Positions 30,557-44,702 of a stretch of 64,000 nucleotides of DNA are shown here, in pieces. Made by a program: the position numbers and the translations under genes. The notes under the pieces are model-generated. The model searched no databases and was not told the origin of the DNA. It saw only the letters and a list, made by a program, of their open reading frames with translations. This DNA comes from Candidatus Binatia bacterium (GTDB taxonomy: Bacteria > Desulfobacterota > Binatia > UBA12015): contig JAIEPK010000143.1 in NCBI GenBank assembly GCA_019749875.1, positions 7,531 to 71,530 on the forward strand. The letters are read 5' to 3'. Each line of letters starts with the position of its first letter. Positions within the stretch are counted from its first letter, which is position 1.

Positions 30557-31333
30557 ATGGGTCGCGTCATCGCCATCGTCAATCAGAAGGGCGGAGTCGG
30601 AAAGACGACCACGGCCGTCAACCTCAGCGCGGGGCTCGCGCTTGGTGGCCACTCGGTACTGCTGATCGACGCGGACGCGCAGTGCAGCGCGACCAGCGGC
30701 TATGGGATCCGCCTGACCGGCGAAGACCCTTCGACCTACGACGTGATCCTCGGCAATGCGACCCCGTCCGACGCGGCCAGAACCACCATGCTGCCAAGCC
30801 TGCGTGTCATCGGCGCGAGCCGAGACCTGGTCGGCGCCGAGATCGAGCTCGTCGGAGTAGAGCAGCGCGAGCGTCGTCTGCGACAGGCGCTCGCGACCGT
30901 TCGTGATCAGTACGAGTTCATCCTCATCGATTGCCCCCCCTCGCTCGGCCTGGTGACCCTCAACGCACTCACCAGCTGCGACTCGCTCCTGATCCCGCTG
31001 CAGTGCGAGTACTACGCGCTGGAGGGCCTCACGGCGCTCCTCGAAACCGTATCGCTGGTACGCGACAGTCTGAACCCGGATCTCGCGATCGAAGGCCTGC
31101 TGCTCACCATGTACGACGGCCGCAACACGCTCTGCCGCCAGGTTGCCGAGGACGTGAAGGGACACTTTCACGACAAGGTCTTCCGCACCGTGATCCCGCG
31201 CAACGTCAGACTCAGCGAAAGCCCGAGTCACGGCCTGCCGGCACTGCTCTACGATCCTGCATCGCGGGGCGCCCTGGCGTACGGAGAGCTCGCGCGCGAA
31301 GTGGCCGGCGAAGCGATCGACGACCTCGACTGA
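30557..31333 (+). CDS. parA: Chromosome partitioning ATPase ParA/Soj.
   Basis: Deviant Walker A KGGVGKTTT. ParA-family length and motifs. Confidence 0.9.
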   Translation: MGRVIAIVNQKGGVGKTTTAVNLSAGLALGGHSVLLIDADAQCSATSGYGIRLTGEDPSTYDVILGNATPSDAARTTMLPSLRVIGASRDLVGAEIELVGVEQRERRLRQALATVRDQYEFILIDCPPSLGLVTLNALTSCDSLLIPLQCEYYALEGLTALLETVSLVRDSLNPDLAIEGLLLTMYDGRNTLCRQVAEDVKGHFHDKVFRTVIPRNVRLSESPSHGLPALLYDPASRGALAYGELAREVAGEAIDDLD

Positions 31334-31358
31334 TTCAAAACGTCGTTACGAGGAGAAC

Positions 31359-32267
31359 ATGCGCAAGGCTTTAGGGAAAGGCATCGGAGCGCTCATTCCG
31401 AGCGCTCCGCCGCGACGACCCGCGAGCGAGCCCGATCCGTCTGATCAGAATGTCGCCCGGATGTCTGCCCAGCGAGGGATCGTCCAGGAAGTGCCCCTCG
31501 ACGCGATCGACGTCAATCCGCGCCAGCCGCGCGCGCGCTTCGACGACCAAGCGATCCAGGACCTTGCGACTTCCATCCGCGACCGCGGGGTCCTTCAGCC
31601 GATTCTTCTCCGCGCTCGCGGTGACGATCGGTTCGAGCTGATCGCCGGCGAACGTCGGCTGCGTGCAAGTCGCCTCGCCGGCCTCGAGCGGGTTCCGGCG
31701 CTCGTCAAGGAAGCGAACGACAGCGAGAGCCTCGTCCTCGCGATCGTCGAGAACGTGCTGCGCGCCGACCTCACCGCACTGGAAGAGGCCCGCGCGTATC
31801 AAGCTCTCATGGCGGAATTTTCCTTGACGCAGGACGAGGTGGCTCGACGTGTCGGCAAGAGCCGTCCCGCCATCACGAACACCCTGCGCCTGCTCCAACT
31901 GCCGTCGGAGGCGCAGCGAGACCTCGAGGAAGGACGGATCACCGCGGGCCACGCACGCGCTCTGCTCGCCGCGCCCACGGAGGCCGCTCGGAGCGCTCTG
32001 TCGCGCGAGATCGTCACACGCGGCATGTCGGTCCGCGATGCCGAGAAGGCAGTCGCAAGAACGCGCACGCGCCACGAGATCGTCGGTGATCCCGACGTTC
32101 GCCGAATGGAATCGGATCTGAGCCGCGCACTCGGGACGAAGGTTTCGATCCACTCAGGCAAGGACGGCAAGGGCACCGTCGAGATCGCGTTCTTCTCGCA
32201 CGACGACCTCGGCCGCGTCGTCGCTCAGCTCACCTCGCGTAAGCACCTCGCGCACGGTGCGGGCTGA
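31359..32267 (+). CDS. parB: Chromosome partitioning protein ParB/Spo0J.
   Basis: ParB box (ILLRARGDD.FELIAGERRLRAS), HTH, and C-terminal dimerisation region. Confidence 0.9.
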   Translation: MRKALGKGIGALIPSAPPRRPASEPDPSDQNVARMSAQRGIVQEVPLDAIDVNPRQPRARFDDQAIQDLATSIRDRGVLQPILLRARGDDRFELIAGERRLRASRLAGLERVPALVKEANDSESLVLAIVENVLRADLTALEEARAYQALMAEFSLTQDEVARRVGKSRPAITNTLRLLQLPSEAQRDLEEGRITAGHARALLAAPTEAARSALSREIVTRGMSVRDAEKAVARTRTRHEIVGDPDVRRMESDLSRALGTKVSIHSGKDGKGTVEIAFFSHDDLGRVVAQLTSRKHLAHGAG

Positions 32268-32505
32268 GCGTCCCCTCGGCCGAGAAACCACCTTCGGCTT
32301 CGCCCGAAGCCTTTGATCGAGCGACGAAATATCGTGCCGGCTAATGGATCGGCAGAGGTTTTTGACATCCCCTCTGCTTGATGGTAGCGGATCGCCGGTC
32401 GCGTGCGAGCCATCGTCGGAGTCGTTCGTCCGCCGGGCTCGTGCGACAGGGTTGTCTCGGCCGCGCCCGGCCGGGCCAGTTGCCGGTACGGCAGGAACGT
32501 TCGGG

Positions 32506-33108
32506 ATGGCTCTCTTCAAGAAGGATCGCGGCAGGACGTCCGAGGACGTCGGTGAGCCCGCAAGCCGGCCCTCCCCGACCACCTCGATCAGCACTCCACC
32601 GGTCGCTCCGGCCGAAACCCGCGAGCGGGAGGGGACGAAGAACATGGCGAGCTACGCGGCTGGAGAGCGGATGATGTCCGGCGATACGTCGCGCGAGACC
32701 GCGTTCCTCGGCAAAGGCACGCGTCTCTCCGGGAAGATCTCCTTCGAAGGGACGGCGCGCATCGAGGGCCAGATCGAGGGCGAGATCGTCGCCAATGACA
32801 CGCTCCTGATCGGCGAGTCCGCACTGGTCAACGCCCAGATCAGCGGCGGGACGATCATCATTCACGGTAAAGTCACCGGCGACATCACCGCGTCGAAGAA
32901 GCTCGAGATCCGCGCGCCAGGCCGCCTCTACGGCAACGTCACCACGCCGAGCCTGGTGATCGAGGAAGGCGTCGTTTTCGAAGGACACTGCTCGATGGGT
33001 GCTACCGAGGCGCGGGGCGATCGCAAGGTGACCCTCCTCGCGAAGGACGAGCGCGCCAACGAGACCGCCCCAGCGCCCTCGCTCAAGGCACAGGCAGAGG
33101 GCAAGTAG
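32506..33108 (+). CDS. Bactofilin family cytoskeletal protein.
   Basis: DUF583/bactofilin beta-helical repeat pattern (..G.I.G.V.A....I...G.V.G.I.A..L.I...G...G.V....). The start was placed at the internal ATG (MALFKKDRG). It sits directly downstream of parB. Confidence 0.75.
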   Translation: MALFKKDRGRTSEDVGEPASRPSPTTSISTPPVAPAETREREGTKNMASYAAGERMMSGDTSRETAFLGKGTRLSGKISFEGTARIEGQIEGEIVANDTLLIGESALVNAQISGGTIIIHGKVTGDITASKKLEIRAPGRLYGNVTTPSLVIEEGVVFEGHCSMGATEARGDRKVTLLAKDERANETAPAPSLKAQAEGK

Positions 33109-33242
33109 CAGCACCGAACCGCAACGTCCTTCGCGCTCGTCGGGGTCGACCGGCGGGGTTCTCCCCGCAGCCGTCCGGCCCTGTGCCCTGCACGCGGCGG
33201 ACTCCCCCGACGAGACAACCGCCCGCAGCGAAAGTTTCCGAG

Positions 33243-33680
33243 ATGCTCGAGATTCCTCCGGCAGTAACCTTCTATTGCATGATCGTCGCGTTCGTCGTGT
33301 TCGCGATGATCCTCTCGAAGGTCGTCCTTCAGCCGACTCAGGCGGTTCTCGCAGAGCGCGCCAAGCGGACCAGCGGCGCGCTCGCCGAGGCCACGCGTCT
33401 GCAGGCGGAGGCTCGGGCCCTCAAGGACGAGCTGGCGGCGACCCTCGATCGCGCTCGTCACGCCGGAAGCGCCGCCGGCGAGCAGATCCGCCGCGAAGCC
33501 GAGGCGAGCGAGCGCCAGATGCTGGAGGCTGCTCGGGCGGACGCCGCCCGAACCCTCGAGGAAGTCCGCGCCCGCGTCGCAACGGAGTCCACTGCGGCCC
33601 GCGCGACGCTGCAGGAGCAGGCCGGCGCGCTCGCGCAGCTTGCCGCCGAGAAGATCCTCGGCCGCGCGGTGGCATCATGA
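33243..33680 (+). CDS. ATP synthase F0 subunit b' (b-like).
   Basis: Single N-terminal TM helix followed by a long Ala/Glu/Arg-rich coiled-coil. First gene of the atp block. Confidence 0.65.
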   Translation: MLEIPPAVTFYCMIVAFVVFAMILSKVVLQPTQAVLAERAKRTSGALAEATRLQAEARALKDELAATLDRARHAGSAAGEQIRREAEASERQMLEAARADAARTLEEVRARVATESTAARATLQEQAGALAQLAAEKILGRAVAS

Positions 33681-34300
33681 GGAAGCCGTATCCGTCGTCG
33701 TGGGTGGTGCCGACCGCGACGCTCATCGTCCTCGCCTGGTCCGCTCTCTCGTTCGCCTCCGAAGGTGGGGGCGGCGAAGGACATCGCGAGCCGACGTGGA
33801 CCCTGACGATTCTGGGATTCGTCAACTTCGCGATCTACGCGTTCGTGATGTACCGCTTCGCTTGGCCGGCGGTCGTCAAGTACCTGAAGGAGCGGCGCGC
33901 GAGCGTGGTGTCCGCGCTCGAGGCGGCGGCACGCGCACACGCTGAAGCCGAGGCGCTCAAGGCCGAGTTCCAGGCGAAGCTCGCGAACGTCGAGGCCGAC
34001 GCTGCGCGCGCGCGCGACGAGCTGCTGGAGATCGCGCGCAACGAAGCGGACCACCTCTTGGCCGAAGCCAAGCGCTCTGCCGACCGAATTCGCCGCGACG
34101 CGCAGCTCGTGGCCGATCAGGAGGTCGCGCGGGCACGCCGCACGCTGCAGGAGGACGCGGCCCAGCTGATCGCGAAGATCGCCGGCGAGCTCGTCTCGCA
34201 AAAGCTGACCGGCGACGACCAGACCCGCTTCGTCCAGAGCTTCATCGCCGAGACGCGTGCGGCGAAGAACGACGGCAAGCTGACGGGAGCGAACTCGTGA
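33677..34300 (+). CDS. atpF: ATP synthase F0 subunit b.
   Basis: TM helix plus coiled-coil. ATGA overlap with b'. Confidence 0.7.
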   Translation: MRKPYPSSWVVPTATLIVLAWSALSFASEGGGGEGHREPTWTLTILGFVNFAIYAFVMYRFAWPAVVKYLKERRASVVSALEAAARAHAEAEALKAEFQAKLANVEADAARARDELLEIARNEADHLLAEAKRSADRIRRDAQLVADQEVARARRTLQEDAAQLIAKIAGELVSQKLTGDDQTRFVQSFIAETRAAKNDGKLTGANS

Positions 34301-34845
34301 CCAGTGCGATCGCAAAGCGCTATGCCCGCGCACTGGCGAGCGTCGCGGGCGAGCAGAACCGCCTCGAAGACACCGCAACGGAGCTCGAGACCATCGCCGG
34401 CTGGCTCGACGACGCCGACGTGAAGGCCGCATTCGAATCGCCTCACTTGAGCATCCCGGCCCGCCGCGGGCTGGTGGCACGCCTGGCGGAGTCGCAAGGA
34501 CTCTCCGAGCTCGCGCGAAACTTCCTGTCGCTGCTCGCCGAACGCAACCGACTCGACCAGTTCCGCGCCATCGTTCTCGCCTACCAAGCGCTGGTCGATC
34601 GGTCGCTGGGCCGCGTTCGGGCGACCATTCGAGCGGCGACCCCGCTCGACGACGCGAGCACCGCGCAGATTCGAGACGTGCTGGAGCAGTTGAGCGGGAA
34701 GAAGGTCCTGGTCTCGGTGGTGGTGGACCCGACGCTGATCGCCGGGGTCTCCGTCGAGATCGAGGGACGCGTCTACGACGGAAGCGCCCATACGCAGCTC
34801 GCACATCTCGCGCGCTCGATGGCCCGTGAGGTTTCGCCGGCCTGA
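34297..34845 (+). CDS. atpH: ATP synthase F1 subunit delta (OSCP).
   Basis: OSCP-like sequence (IAKRYARAL...). Position between the b and alpha subunits. Confidence 0.8.
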   Translation: MTSAIAKRYARALASVAGEQNRLEDTATELETIAGWLDDADVKAAFESPHLSIPARRGLVARLAESQGLSELARNFLSLLAERNRLDQFRAIVLAYQALVDRSLGRVRATIRAATPLDDASTAQIRDVLEQLSGKKVLVSVVVDPTLIAGVSVEIEGRVYDGSAHTQLAHLARSMAREVSPA

Positions 34846-34917
34846 GCACGCCACCGGCTCGCAGCCGCGGGCCGGGCATCAGAATTCGCAACGACGGTTC
34901 AGAAGGAGACGGAGCAG

Positions 34918-36426
34918 ATGGCGATTCGCGCCGCAGAGATCAGCGACATCATTCGCCAGCAACTCAAGGACTTCACGAAGTCGCTGGAGGTGCGGGAGAC
35001 CGGCACGGTGCTCTCGACCGGTGACGGCATCGCGCGCATCTACGGCCTCGAGCGCGCCGCCGTCGGCGAGCTGCTCGAGTTTCCGCACAACGTCTACGGC
35101 ATGGTCCTGAACCTCGAGGAGGACAACGTCGGCGCGGCGCTGTTCGGCGAGTCGCAGGCGATCGGCGAGGGCGACGAGGTTCGCCGCACCGGCCGCATCG
35201 CAGAGGTCCCCGTCGGGCCCGAGCTGCGCGGGCGCGTGGTCAACGCGCTCGGCCAGCCGATCGACGGCAAGGGCGAGCTCAAGGCCAAGGAAACGCGCCG
35301 CATCGAGCTCAAGGCGCCCGGAATCGTCGACCGTCAGCCCGTCAAGCAGCCGCTGCAGACCGGCATCAAGGCGATCGACGCCCTGATCCCGATCGGCCGC
35401 GGCCAGCGCGAGCTCATCATCGGCGACCGCCAGACCGGCAAGACCGCGATCGCGATCGACACGATCATCAACCAGAAGGGTGGCGACGTCACCTGCATCT
35501 ACGTCGCGATCGGCCAGAAGCGCTCGACGGTCGCGCAGGTCGTGGACAAGCTGTCCCGCTACGGCGCCATGGACTACACCATCGTCGTCGCAGCCACTGC
35601 TTCGGAGTCCGCGCCCCTGCAGTTCATCGCGCCCTACTCCGGCGCCGCGATGGGCGAGTACTTCCGCGACAACGGCCAGCACGCGCTCGTCATCTTCGAC
35701 GATCTCTCGAAGCAGGCCGTCGCGTACCGCCAGCTGTCGCTCCTGCTGCGCCGCCCGCCGGGCCGCGAAGCGTATCCCGGCGACGTGTTCTACCTGCACT
35801 CGCGGCTTCTCGAGCGCGCAGCCAAGCTCTCCGAGGAACGCGGCGGCGGCTCGCTGACCGCCCTCCCGATCATCGAGACCCAGGCCGGCGACGTGTCGGC
35901 GTACATCCCGACGAACGTCATCTCGATCACCGACGGTCAGATCTTCCTCGAGACGGACCTCTTCTACTCCGGCGTCCGTCCCGCCGTGAACCCCGGCATC
36001 TCGGTCAGCCGCGTCGGCGGCTCGGCGCAGGTGAAAGCGATGCGCCAGGTCGCCGGCACGCTGCGTCTCGACCTCGCGCAGTACCGCGAGCTTGCGGCAT
36101 TCGCGCAGTTCGGCTCCGACCTCGACGCCGCGACCCAGAAGCAGCTCGCCCGCGGCAGCCGCATGGTCGAGATCCTGAAGCAGAAGCAGTACGAGCCGCT
36201 CCCGGTCGAGAAGCAGGTCCTCGTGCTCTTCGCCGCGACCAACGGCTTCTTCGACGACGTTCCGCTGCCGTCGATCGGCCACTTCGAGCGCGAGCTCCTG
36301 GTCTTCGTCGAGGGCAAGCACCACCAGCTCCTCAAGGACATCGCGGCGCAGCGCGAGCTCAGCGACGACCTGAAGCGCCGCATGACGGCCGCGGTCGAGG
36401 AGTTCAAGCAGGTCTTCGTCAAGTAA
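34918..36426 (+). CDS. atpA: ATP synthase F1 subunit alpha.
   Basis: Walker A GDRQTGKT. Highly conserved alpha sequence. Confidence 0.95.
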   Translation: MAIRAAEISDIIRQQLKDFTKSLEVRETGTVLSTGDGIARIYGLERAAVGELLEFPHNVYGMVLNLEEDNVGAALFGESQAIGEGDEVRRTGRIAEVPVGPELRGRVVNALGQPIDGKGELKAKETRRIELKAPGIVDRQPVKQPLQTGIKAIDALIPIGRGQRELIIGDRQTGKTAIAIDTIINQKGGDVTCIYVAIGQKRSTVAQVVDKLSRYGAMDYTIVVAATASESAPLQFIAPYSGAAMGEYFRDNGQHALVIFDDLSKQAVAYRQLSLLLRRPPGREAYPGDVFYLHSRLLERAAKLSEERGGGSLTALPIIETQAGDVSAYIPTNVISITDGQIFLETDLFYSGVRPAVNPGISVSRVGGSAQVKAMRQVAGTLRLDLAQYRELAAFAQFGSDLDAATQKQLARGSRMVEILKQKQYEPLPVEKQVLVLFAATNGFFDDVPLPSIGHFERELLVFVEGKHHQLLKDIAAQRELSDDLKRRMTAAVEEFKQVFVK

Positions 36427-36427
36427 G

Positions 36428-38759
<2,332 letters not shown>

Positions 38760-38781
38760 GGCGTCAGGGATCCCGACCACC

Positions 38782-39201
38782 ATGCGACTTCTGCTCGTCA
38801 CGCCCGAGAGGCAGCTCCTCGATACGGACATCGAGGAGGTCTACGCGCCCGGCGTCCTCGGCCAGTTCGGCGTCCTGCCCGAGCACGTGAACTTCCTCAC
38901 GGCGCTCGGGACGGGCGAGCTCCGCTACCGGACCAAGGGCGTCGACCACTACGTCGCGGTGAGCGGCGGCATCCTCGAGGTGCTCGACGATGTCGTGACG
39001 GTGCTTGCCGACACCGCCGAGTTCGCGCAGGAGATCGACGTCGCGCGCGCCCATCAGGCCGAAGAGCGCCTCAAGCACGCGCTCGCCCGCACTGCGCCGG
39101 ACGCGGCGGAGATGGCCGATCTGCAGGCGGCACTCGTCCGTGCGGCAAACCGACAAGCCGTCGGCGCGCGCGCCGGTCGGAGTGCGGTCGCGGCGCACTG
39201 A
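38782..39201 (+). CDS. atpC: ATP synthase F1 subunit epsilon.
   Basis: Epsilon beta-sandwich plus helical hairpin. Last gene of the operon. Confidence 0.85.
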   Translation: MRLLLVTPERQLLDTDIEEVYAPGVLGQFGVLPEHVNFLTALGTGELRYRTKGVDHYVAVSGGILEVLDDVVTVLADTAEFAQEIDVARAHQAEERLKHALARTAPDAAEMADLQAALVRAANRQAVGARAGRSAVAAH

Positions 39202-39253
39202 CCCTTCGAAGCATCGAAGCGGTCGACACGACGGCCCGCCGACCGCGCGTCGA

Positions 39254-40384
39254 TCAACCGGCGCCGGCGATCATGTGGCGACGCGTGACGAGGTTGAACT
39301 CGACCTCGGTGGCGTCGTCGCGCCAATCGATCGTCACGCTCTCGCCGCCGACGAGCTGACGCGAGGCGATCAAGCGCGCCAGCGGAAAGACGATCTTGCG
39401 CTCGAGCACGCGCTTCAACGGACGCGCGCCGTGCTCCGGGTCGGTTCCCTCGGCGAGCAGACGTTGGCGCGTGCGGCTGGTGTAGGTGAACCGGATCGGT
39501 TCGCCGCGCCGCGCGAGGCGCTGCTCGATCTTGACGAGCTCGATGTCGAGGATCTGCTCGAGCTGCGACGAAGTCAGCCGGTGGAACACGATCTTGTGGT
39601 CCAAGCGGTTCAGGAATTCCGGTGAGAACGTACGCCGTGCCTTCCACAACACGGCATCTTCGATCCGCTGATGAACGCGCGCATCGGGCTCCACTCCGCC
39701 GGTCGCGAATCCGAGCGGCGGAGCGAGGATCTCGCTCACCGATCGGCCGCCGATGTTGCTCGTGAGAAAGATGAAGCAGCTGGAGAGATCGACTTCCTTG
39801 TTGGTTCCGAGCGTCAAACGCGCCTTGTCGAGCACGCCCAGGAGGAGCTGCCATAGCGCGTCGTTCGCCTTCTCGATCTCGTCGAACAGCAGCAGGGTGA
39901 ACGGGCAGTCGGCGGTCTGATAGCGCAGCACGTTGCTGCTCGACAGGTACGGGTTGGTCTCCTGATGACCCAGGTAGCCCGGAGGCGAGCCCACCAGCCG
40001 CGCGACCTCGTGGCTGTGACTGAACTCGGCGCAGTCGATCTTCAGCATGGCGCGTCGGTCCTCGAAGCACACGTCCGCCATGGCCTCGACCAGATTCGTC
40101 TTGCCCGTTCCGGTCGGTCCCAAGAACAGAAAGGATCCGAGCGGCCGATCGGGGCTCGCGAGTCCGGCGCGAAAGATCTGATAGGCCTCGGTCACGGCGT
40201 CGATCGCCGGCTGCTGTCCGATCACTCGAGCGCCGAGTCCGGCGCGGAAGGCTTCGACGTCCTCTCCGAGCATGGTCGGCTCGAGTCGTTCCACAGGCGT
40301 CGCCGCGCGCGCTCTGGGTCGGACCACGCGACGTGACCGCGTGGTCCGGTAGCGTCGCTCGCTCTCGCCTGCCGCCGCATCCAT
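39254..40384 (-). CDS. Stand-alone AAA+ ATPase resembling the D2 module of ClpA/ClpB (AAA_2 + ClpB D2-small).
   Basis: Walker A GPTGTGKT, Walker B LLLFDEIEKA, sensor/Arg-finger region, C-terminal GARPLKR motif. No N-domain or D1 present. Confidence 0.7.
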   Translation of the reverse strand: MDAAAGESERRYRTTRSRRVVRPRARAATPVERLEPTMLGEDVEAFRAGLGARVIGQQPAIDAVTEAYQIFRAGLASPDRPLGSFLFLGPTGTGKTNLVEAMADVCFEDRRAMLKIDCAEFSHSHEVARLVGSPPGYLGHQETNPYLSSSNVLRYQTADCPFTLLLFDEIEKANDALWQLLLGVLDKARLTLGTNKEVDLSSCFIFLTSNIGGRSVSEILAPPLGFATGGVEPDARVHQRIEDAVLWKARRTFSPEFLNRLDHKIVFHRLTSSQLEQILDIELVKIEQRLARRGEPIRFTYTSRTRQRLLAEGTDPEHGARPLKRVLERKIVFPLARLIASRQLVGGESVTIDWRDDATEVEFNLVTRRHMIAGAG

Positions 40385-40459
40385 CACAGCCCTTCTATCG
40401 TCTCCCGTCCCGCGCGCCTTGAGCTTTCCCCCCACGAGACCCCGTGGCATATCCGCCGG

Positions 40460-41200
40460 ATGAAGCTCGCAGGAAAGACCGCGCTCGTGACCGGCGGCTC
40501 GCGCGGCATCGGCCGCGGGATCGTTCTGGCGATGGCAAGAGAGGGCGCTGACGTGGCGATCAACTACCGCCGCGACGACGCCGCGGCGCGCGAGACGGCG
40601 GAGCAGGTGCGCGCGCTCGGAAGGCGCGCCGAGATCTACCAGGCCGACGTCGCGGATTGGCCGTCGGTCGAGAGCATGTTCGTGGTGGCCGGCAAGGCCT
40701 TCGATGGCTTCGACGTCGTGGTCGCCAACTCCGGCGTCGCCTCGCGCACCGCGTCCGTCGTCGATACCGATCCCGACTACTGGGCCAAGGTCCTCGGCGT
40801 CGATCTGAACGGCGTCTTCTACACCTGCAAGGCTGCCGTGCCGCGGCTTCGCGAGCAGGGCAACATCATCGTCATCTCGTCGATCGGTGCCGACCTGTGT
40901 GCACCGTTCGGCGCGCCGTACTACGTCGCGAAGGCTGGCGCGAACGCGCTCGTCAAAGTCCTCGCGAAGGAGCTCGCGGCGAAGCGGCAGCGCGTGAACT
41001 GCATTGCGCCGGGCATGGTCGCGAGCGACATGGGCAACCGTCTCGTCGCAGCGCTCGGAGAAGCGGTCGTCGGGACCATCCCGCTCGGACGGATCGGCCA
41101 GCCCGAGGACATCGGTGCAGCGGCCGTGTTCCTCGCGTCGAGTGACGCGAGCTTCATCACCGGCAAGATCCTGCGCATCGACGGCGGCGTCTTCATGTGA
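40460..41200 (+). CDS. SDR family oxidoreductase (FabG-like).
   Basis: TGGSRGIGRG Rossmann motif. Catalytic YxxxK (YYVAKAG). Confidence 0.8.
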   Translation: MKLAGKTALVTGGSRGIGRGIVLAMAREGADVAINYRRDDAAARETAEQVRALGRRAEIYQADVADWPSVESMFVVAGKAFDGFDVVVANSGVASRTASVVDTDPDYWAKVLGVDLNGVFYTCKAAVPRLREQGNIIVISSIGADLCAPFGAPYYVAKAGANALVKVLAKELAAKRQRVNCIAPGMVASDMGNRLVAALGEAVVGTIPLGRIGQPEDIGAAAVFLASSDASFITGKILRIDGGVFM

Positions 41201-41224
41201 CGCTCGCGTCGCACGCGCCTCGCG

Positions 41225-41536
41225 TCAGCCGCGACCGAGGATCAGCCAGAGTGCGACGATCACGACGACCGCGCCACCGACCGCGATCCAGAGCCACTGA
41301 CTCCCGCGCTCGGCTTCGACGCCGCGAATCGCACCACCGCGACTCTCCTCACGCGCCGCATCGCCGAGGAACTGCGCGACGGTGGTCGCGGGATCGAGAT
41401 CGAGGAACTCGGCGTACCGGCGGAGAAACGGGATAAGGTAGAACTCGTCGGCGACCAGTCGAGACTTCCCGCTCTCCATCGCCTGCAAGTAGTGGAGAGG
41501 AATCCCCAGGGCGCTGCGCACGTCCTCGAGCGACAT
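41225..41536 (-). CDS. Short HTH (XRE-like) membrane protein, RodZ-N-terminal-like. The start is probably the internal ATG (MSLEDVRSALG).
   Basis: HTH followed by a single C-terminal TM helix (WLWIAVGGAVVVIVALWLIL). Confidence 0.45.
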   Translation of the reverse strand: MSLEDVRSALGIPLHYLQAMESGKSRLVADEFYLIPFLRRYAEFLDLDPATTVAQFLGDAAREESRGGAIRGVEAERGSQWLWIAVGGAVVVIVALWLILGRG

Positions 41537-41717
41537 GCTTCGCGACTCCCGCTGCTGGCGTAAAACCTCACCGACCTTGCCCACGGCTCCCCCTCGGGTT
41601 CCTTGGCCCGCGAGGTGGGGCCCCGCCGGGTCGGCATCTCTGTACGGGCACTCCCTTTCGCCTTCAAGCCGATGCCGCCTTGACAGCCACATCGCGGCTC
41701 AATACTGAACGTTCAGT

Positions 41718-42371
41718 ATGGCGAGCCCGGAGAGCGGTTCGCGACGCTCCGAGCCGGGCCGCTCCGGCATCATGGCGACCGCGATCGATTGCTTTGCCCG
41801 TTACGGGTACGCCGGAACCTCGATCGATCGCATCGCGCGCGCGGCAGGCGTGACCAAGGGGGCGCTGTACTATCACTTCCGCGACAAGGAGCAGCTGCTC
41901 TTCGCGGCGGTGAAGGAGCGCATCGAGGCTTTCGAGCAGCATGTGCTGGGGCGCATCGCGAACGTCGACGAGCCCGCCGAGGCGCTGCGCGAGATCGCGC
42001 GCATGTGTGCGCTCAACGCGATGGAGGACAACCATCGCCGCTTCATCTTGACGTTGATGGTCGAGGCGCTCGACACCAACGTCTCGCTGTCCGCCGAGTT
42101 CCGCGAGATGCTGCAGCGCTTCCGCAGTTTCCACCGCCACCTCCTGCGCCAGGGCCAGGAGCGTGGCCTGTTCCGCAAGGACGTCGACCTCGCCACCGCC
42201 GCCGTCCAGTTCGTGTCCGGCATCCTCGGTGCGGAGATCCAGTACTACCAGGATCCCGAGCGCATCGACTTGAAGAAGACGCTCGCGTGCCACGTCGAGC
42301 AATTCCTCGCCTGGCTGACCGTTCCCGCGACGGCGGCCGGGCTCGTTTCAGGAGGACGTCAGCATGTTTGA
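41718..42371 (+). CDS. TetR/AcrR family transcriptional regulator.
   Basis: N-terminal TetR HTH (YAGTSIDRIARAAGVTKGALYYHF). Upstream of two acyl-CoA dehydrogenase genes. Confidence 0.8.
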   Translation: MASPESGSRRSEPGRSGIMATAIDCFARYGYAGTSIDRIARAAGVTKGALYYHFRDKEQLLFAAVKERIEAFEQHVLGRIANVDEPAEALREIARMCALNAMEDNHRRFILTLMVEALDTNVSLSAEFREMLQRFRSFHRHLLRQGQERGLFRKDVDLATAAVQFVSGILGAEIQYYQDPERIDLKKTLACHVEQFLAWLTVPATAAGLVSGGRQHV

Positions 42372-43449
42372 CCTCGAGATGACCGAGGACCAGAAGCTCA
42401 TCCACGACACCGTCGCGAGCTTCGCCAAGGCCGAGATTCGGCCGATCGCGCACGACTGCGACGAGAGCGGCACGATCCCGCCCGGCCTCGCGGAAAAGGG
42501 CTTCGAGCTCGGACTCGTGCACTCGGCGATTCCCGAGGAGCAGGGCGGCTACGGGGAGACGCGTTCCGCCGTGACCGGTGCGATCGTGGCGGAGGAGCTC
42601 GCGTGGGGGGATCTCGCGATCGCCATGCACCTGCTGACGCCACGGCTGCTGGTCTACCCGCTGCTCGAGGCCGGCTCGGCGCAACAGATCGCGCAGGTGC
42701 TGCCGCCATTCGCGCTCGGACACCAGGTCGCGACCGCCGCCGTGGTCGAGCCGCGCTTCGACTTCGACACCACCCGCTTCACTACGACGGCAGCGGCCAA
42801 GGACGGCGGCTTCGTCGTGAACGGCGCGAAGTGCTTCGTTCCGCTCGCGGACGAGTCGCAGACGATCCTCGTGCTGGCGCAGCTCGACGAGGAGCCGGCG
42901 GCCTTTCTCGTGCCGCGCGGCGCCGCGGGCGTGTCCATCGGCGAGCGCGAGAAGAACATGGGCGTCAAGGCGCTGGCGACCTACGAGGTCGGTTTCGAGA
43001 ACGTTCAGGTTCCTGCATCCGCTCGCGTCGGGGATGCTGCGGCGATCTCGCGGATCCTGAACCGCTCGCGGATCGCGCTCGGCGCGCTCGCCATCGGCAT
43101 GGCGCGCGCGGCGTCCGACTACGCGCGCGACTACGCGAAGGAGCGCAAGGCTTTCGGCGTCGCGATCGCGCAGAAGCAAGCGATCGCGTTCATGCTCGCC
43201 GAGATGGCGATCGAGATCGACGCATCCCGTCTACTGCTGTGGGAGGCCGCGTGGATGCTCGATCAAGGCAAGGAGGCGACGCGCGAGTGCGTGCTGGCCA
43301 AGCGCTACGCGAGCAACGCGTGCCTCAAGATCACCGACAACGCGGTCCAGGTGCTCGGAGGTCACGGCTACGTCCGCGACCATCCGGTCGAGATGTGGCT
43401 GCGCAACGCGCGCGGCTTCTCGTCCTTCGAGGGCATGGCGATCGTTTGA
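42364..43449 (+). CDS. Acyl-CoA dehydrogenase family protein.
   Basis: ACAD N/M/C domains. C-terminal ...QVLGGHGY..D.P.E...R.A. Confidence 0.85.
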   Translation: MFDLEMTEDQKLIHDTVASFAKAEIRPIAHDCDESGTIPPGLAEKGFELGLVHSAIPEEQGGYGETRSAVTGAIVAEELAWGDLAIAMHLLTPRLLVYPLLEAGSAQQIAQVLPPFALGHQVATAAVVEPRFDFDTTRFTTTAAAKDGGFVVNGAKCFVPLADESQTILVLAQLDEEPAAFLVPRGAAGVSIGEREKNMGVKALATYEVGFENVQVPASARVGDAAAISRILNRSRIALGALAIGMARAASDYARDYAKERKAFGVAIAQKQAIAFMLAEMAIEIDASRLLLWEAAWMLDQGKEATRECVLAKRYASNACLKITDNAVQVLGGHGYVRDHPVEMWLRNARGFSSFEGMAIV

Positions 43450-43474
43450 GGCACCGCATCGCGGAGGTACGACC

Positions 43475-44701
<1,227 letters not shown>

Positions 44702-44702
44702 G

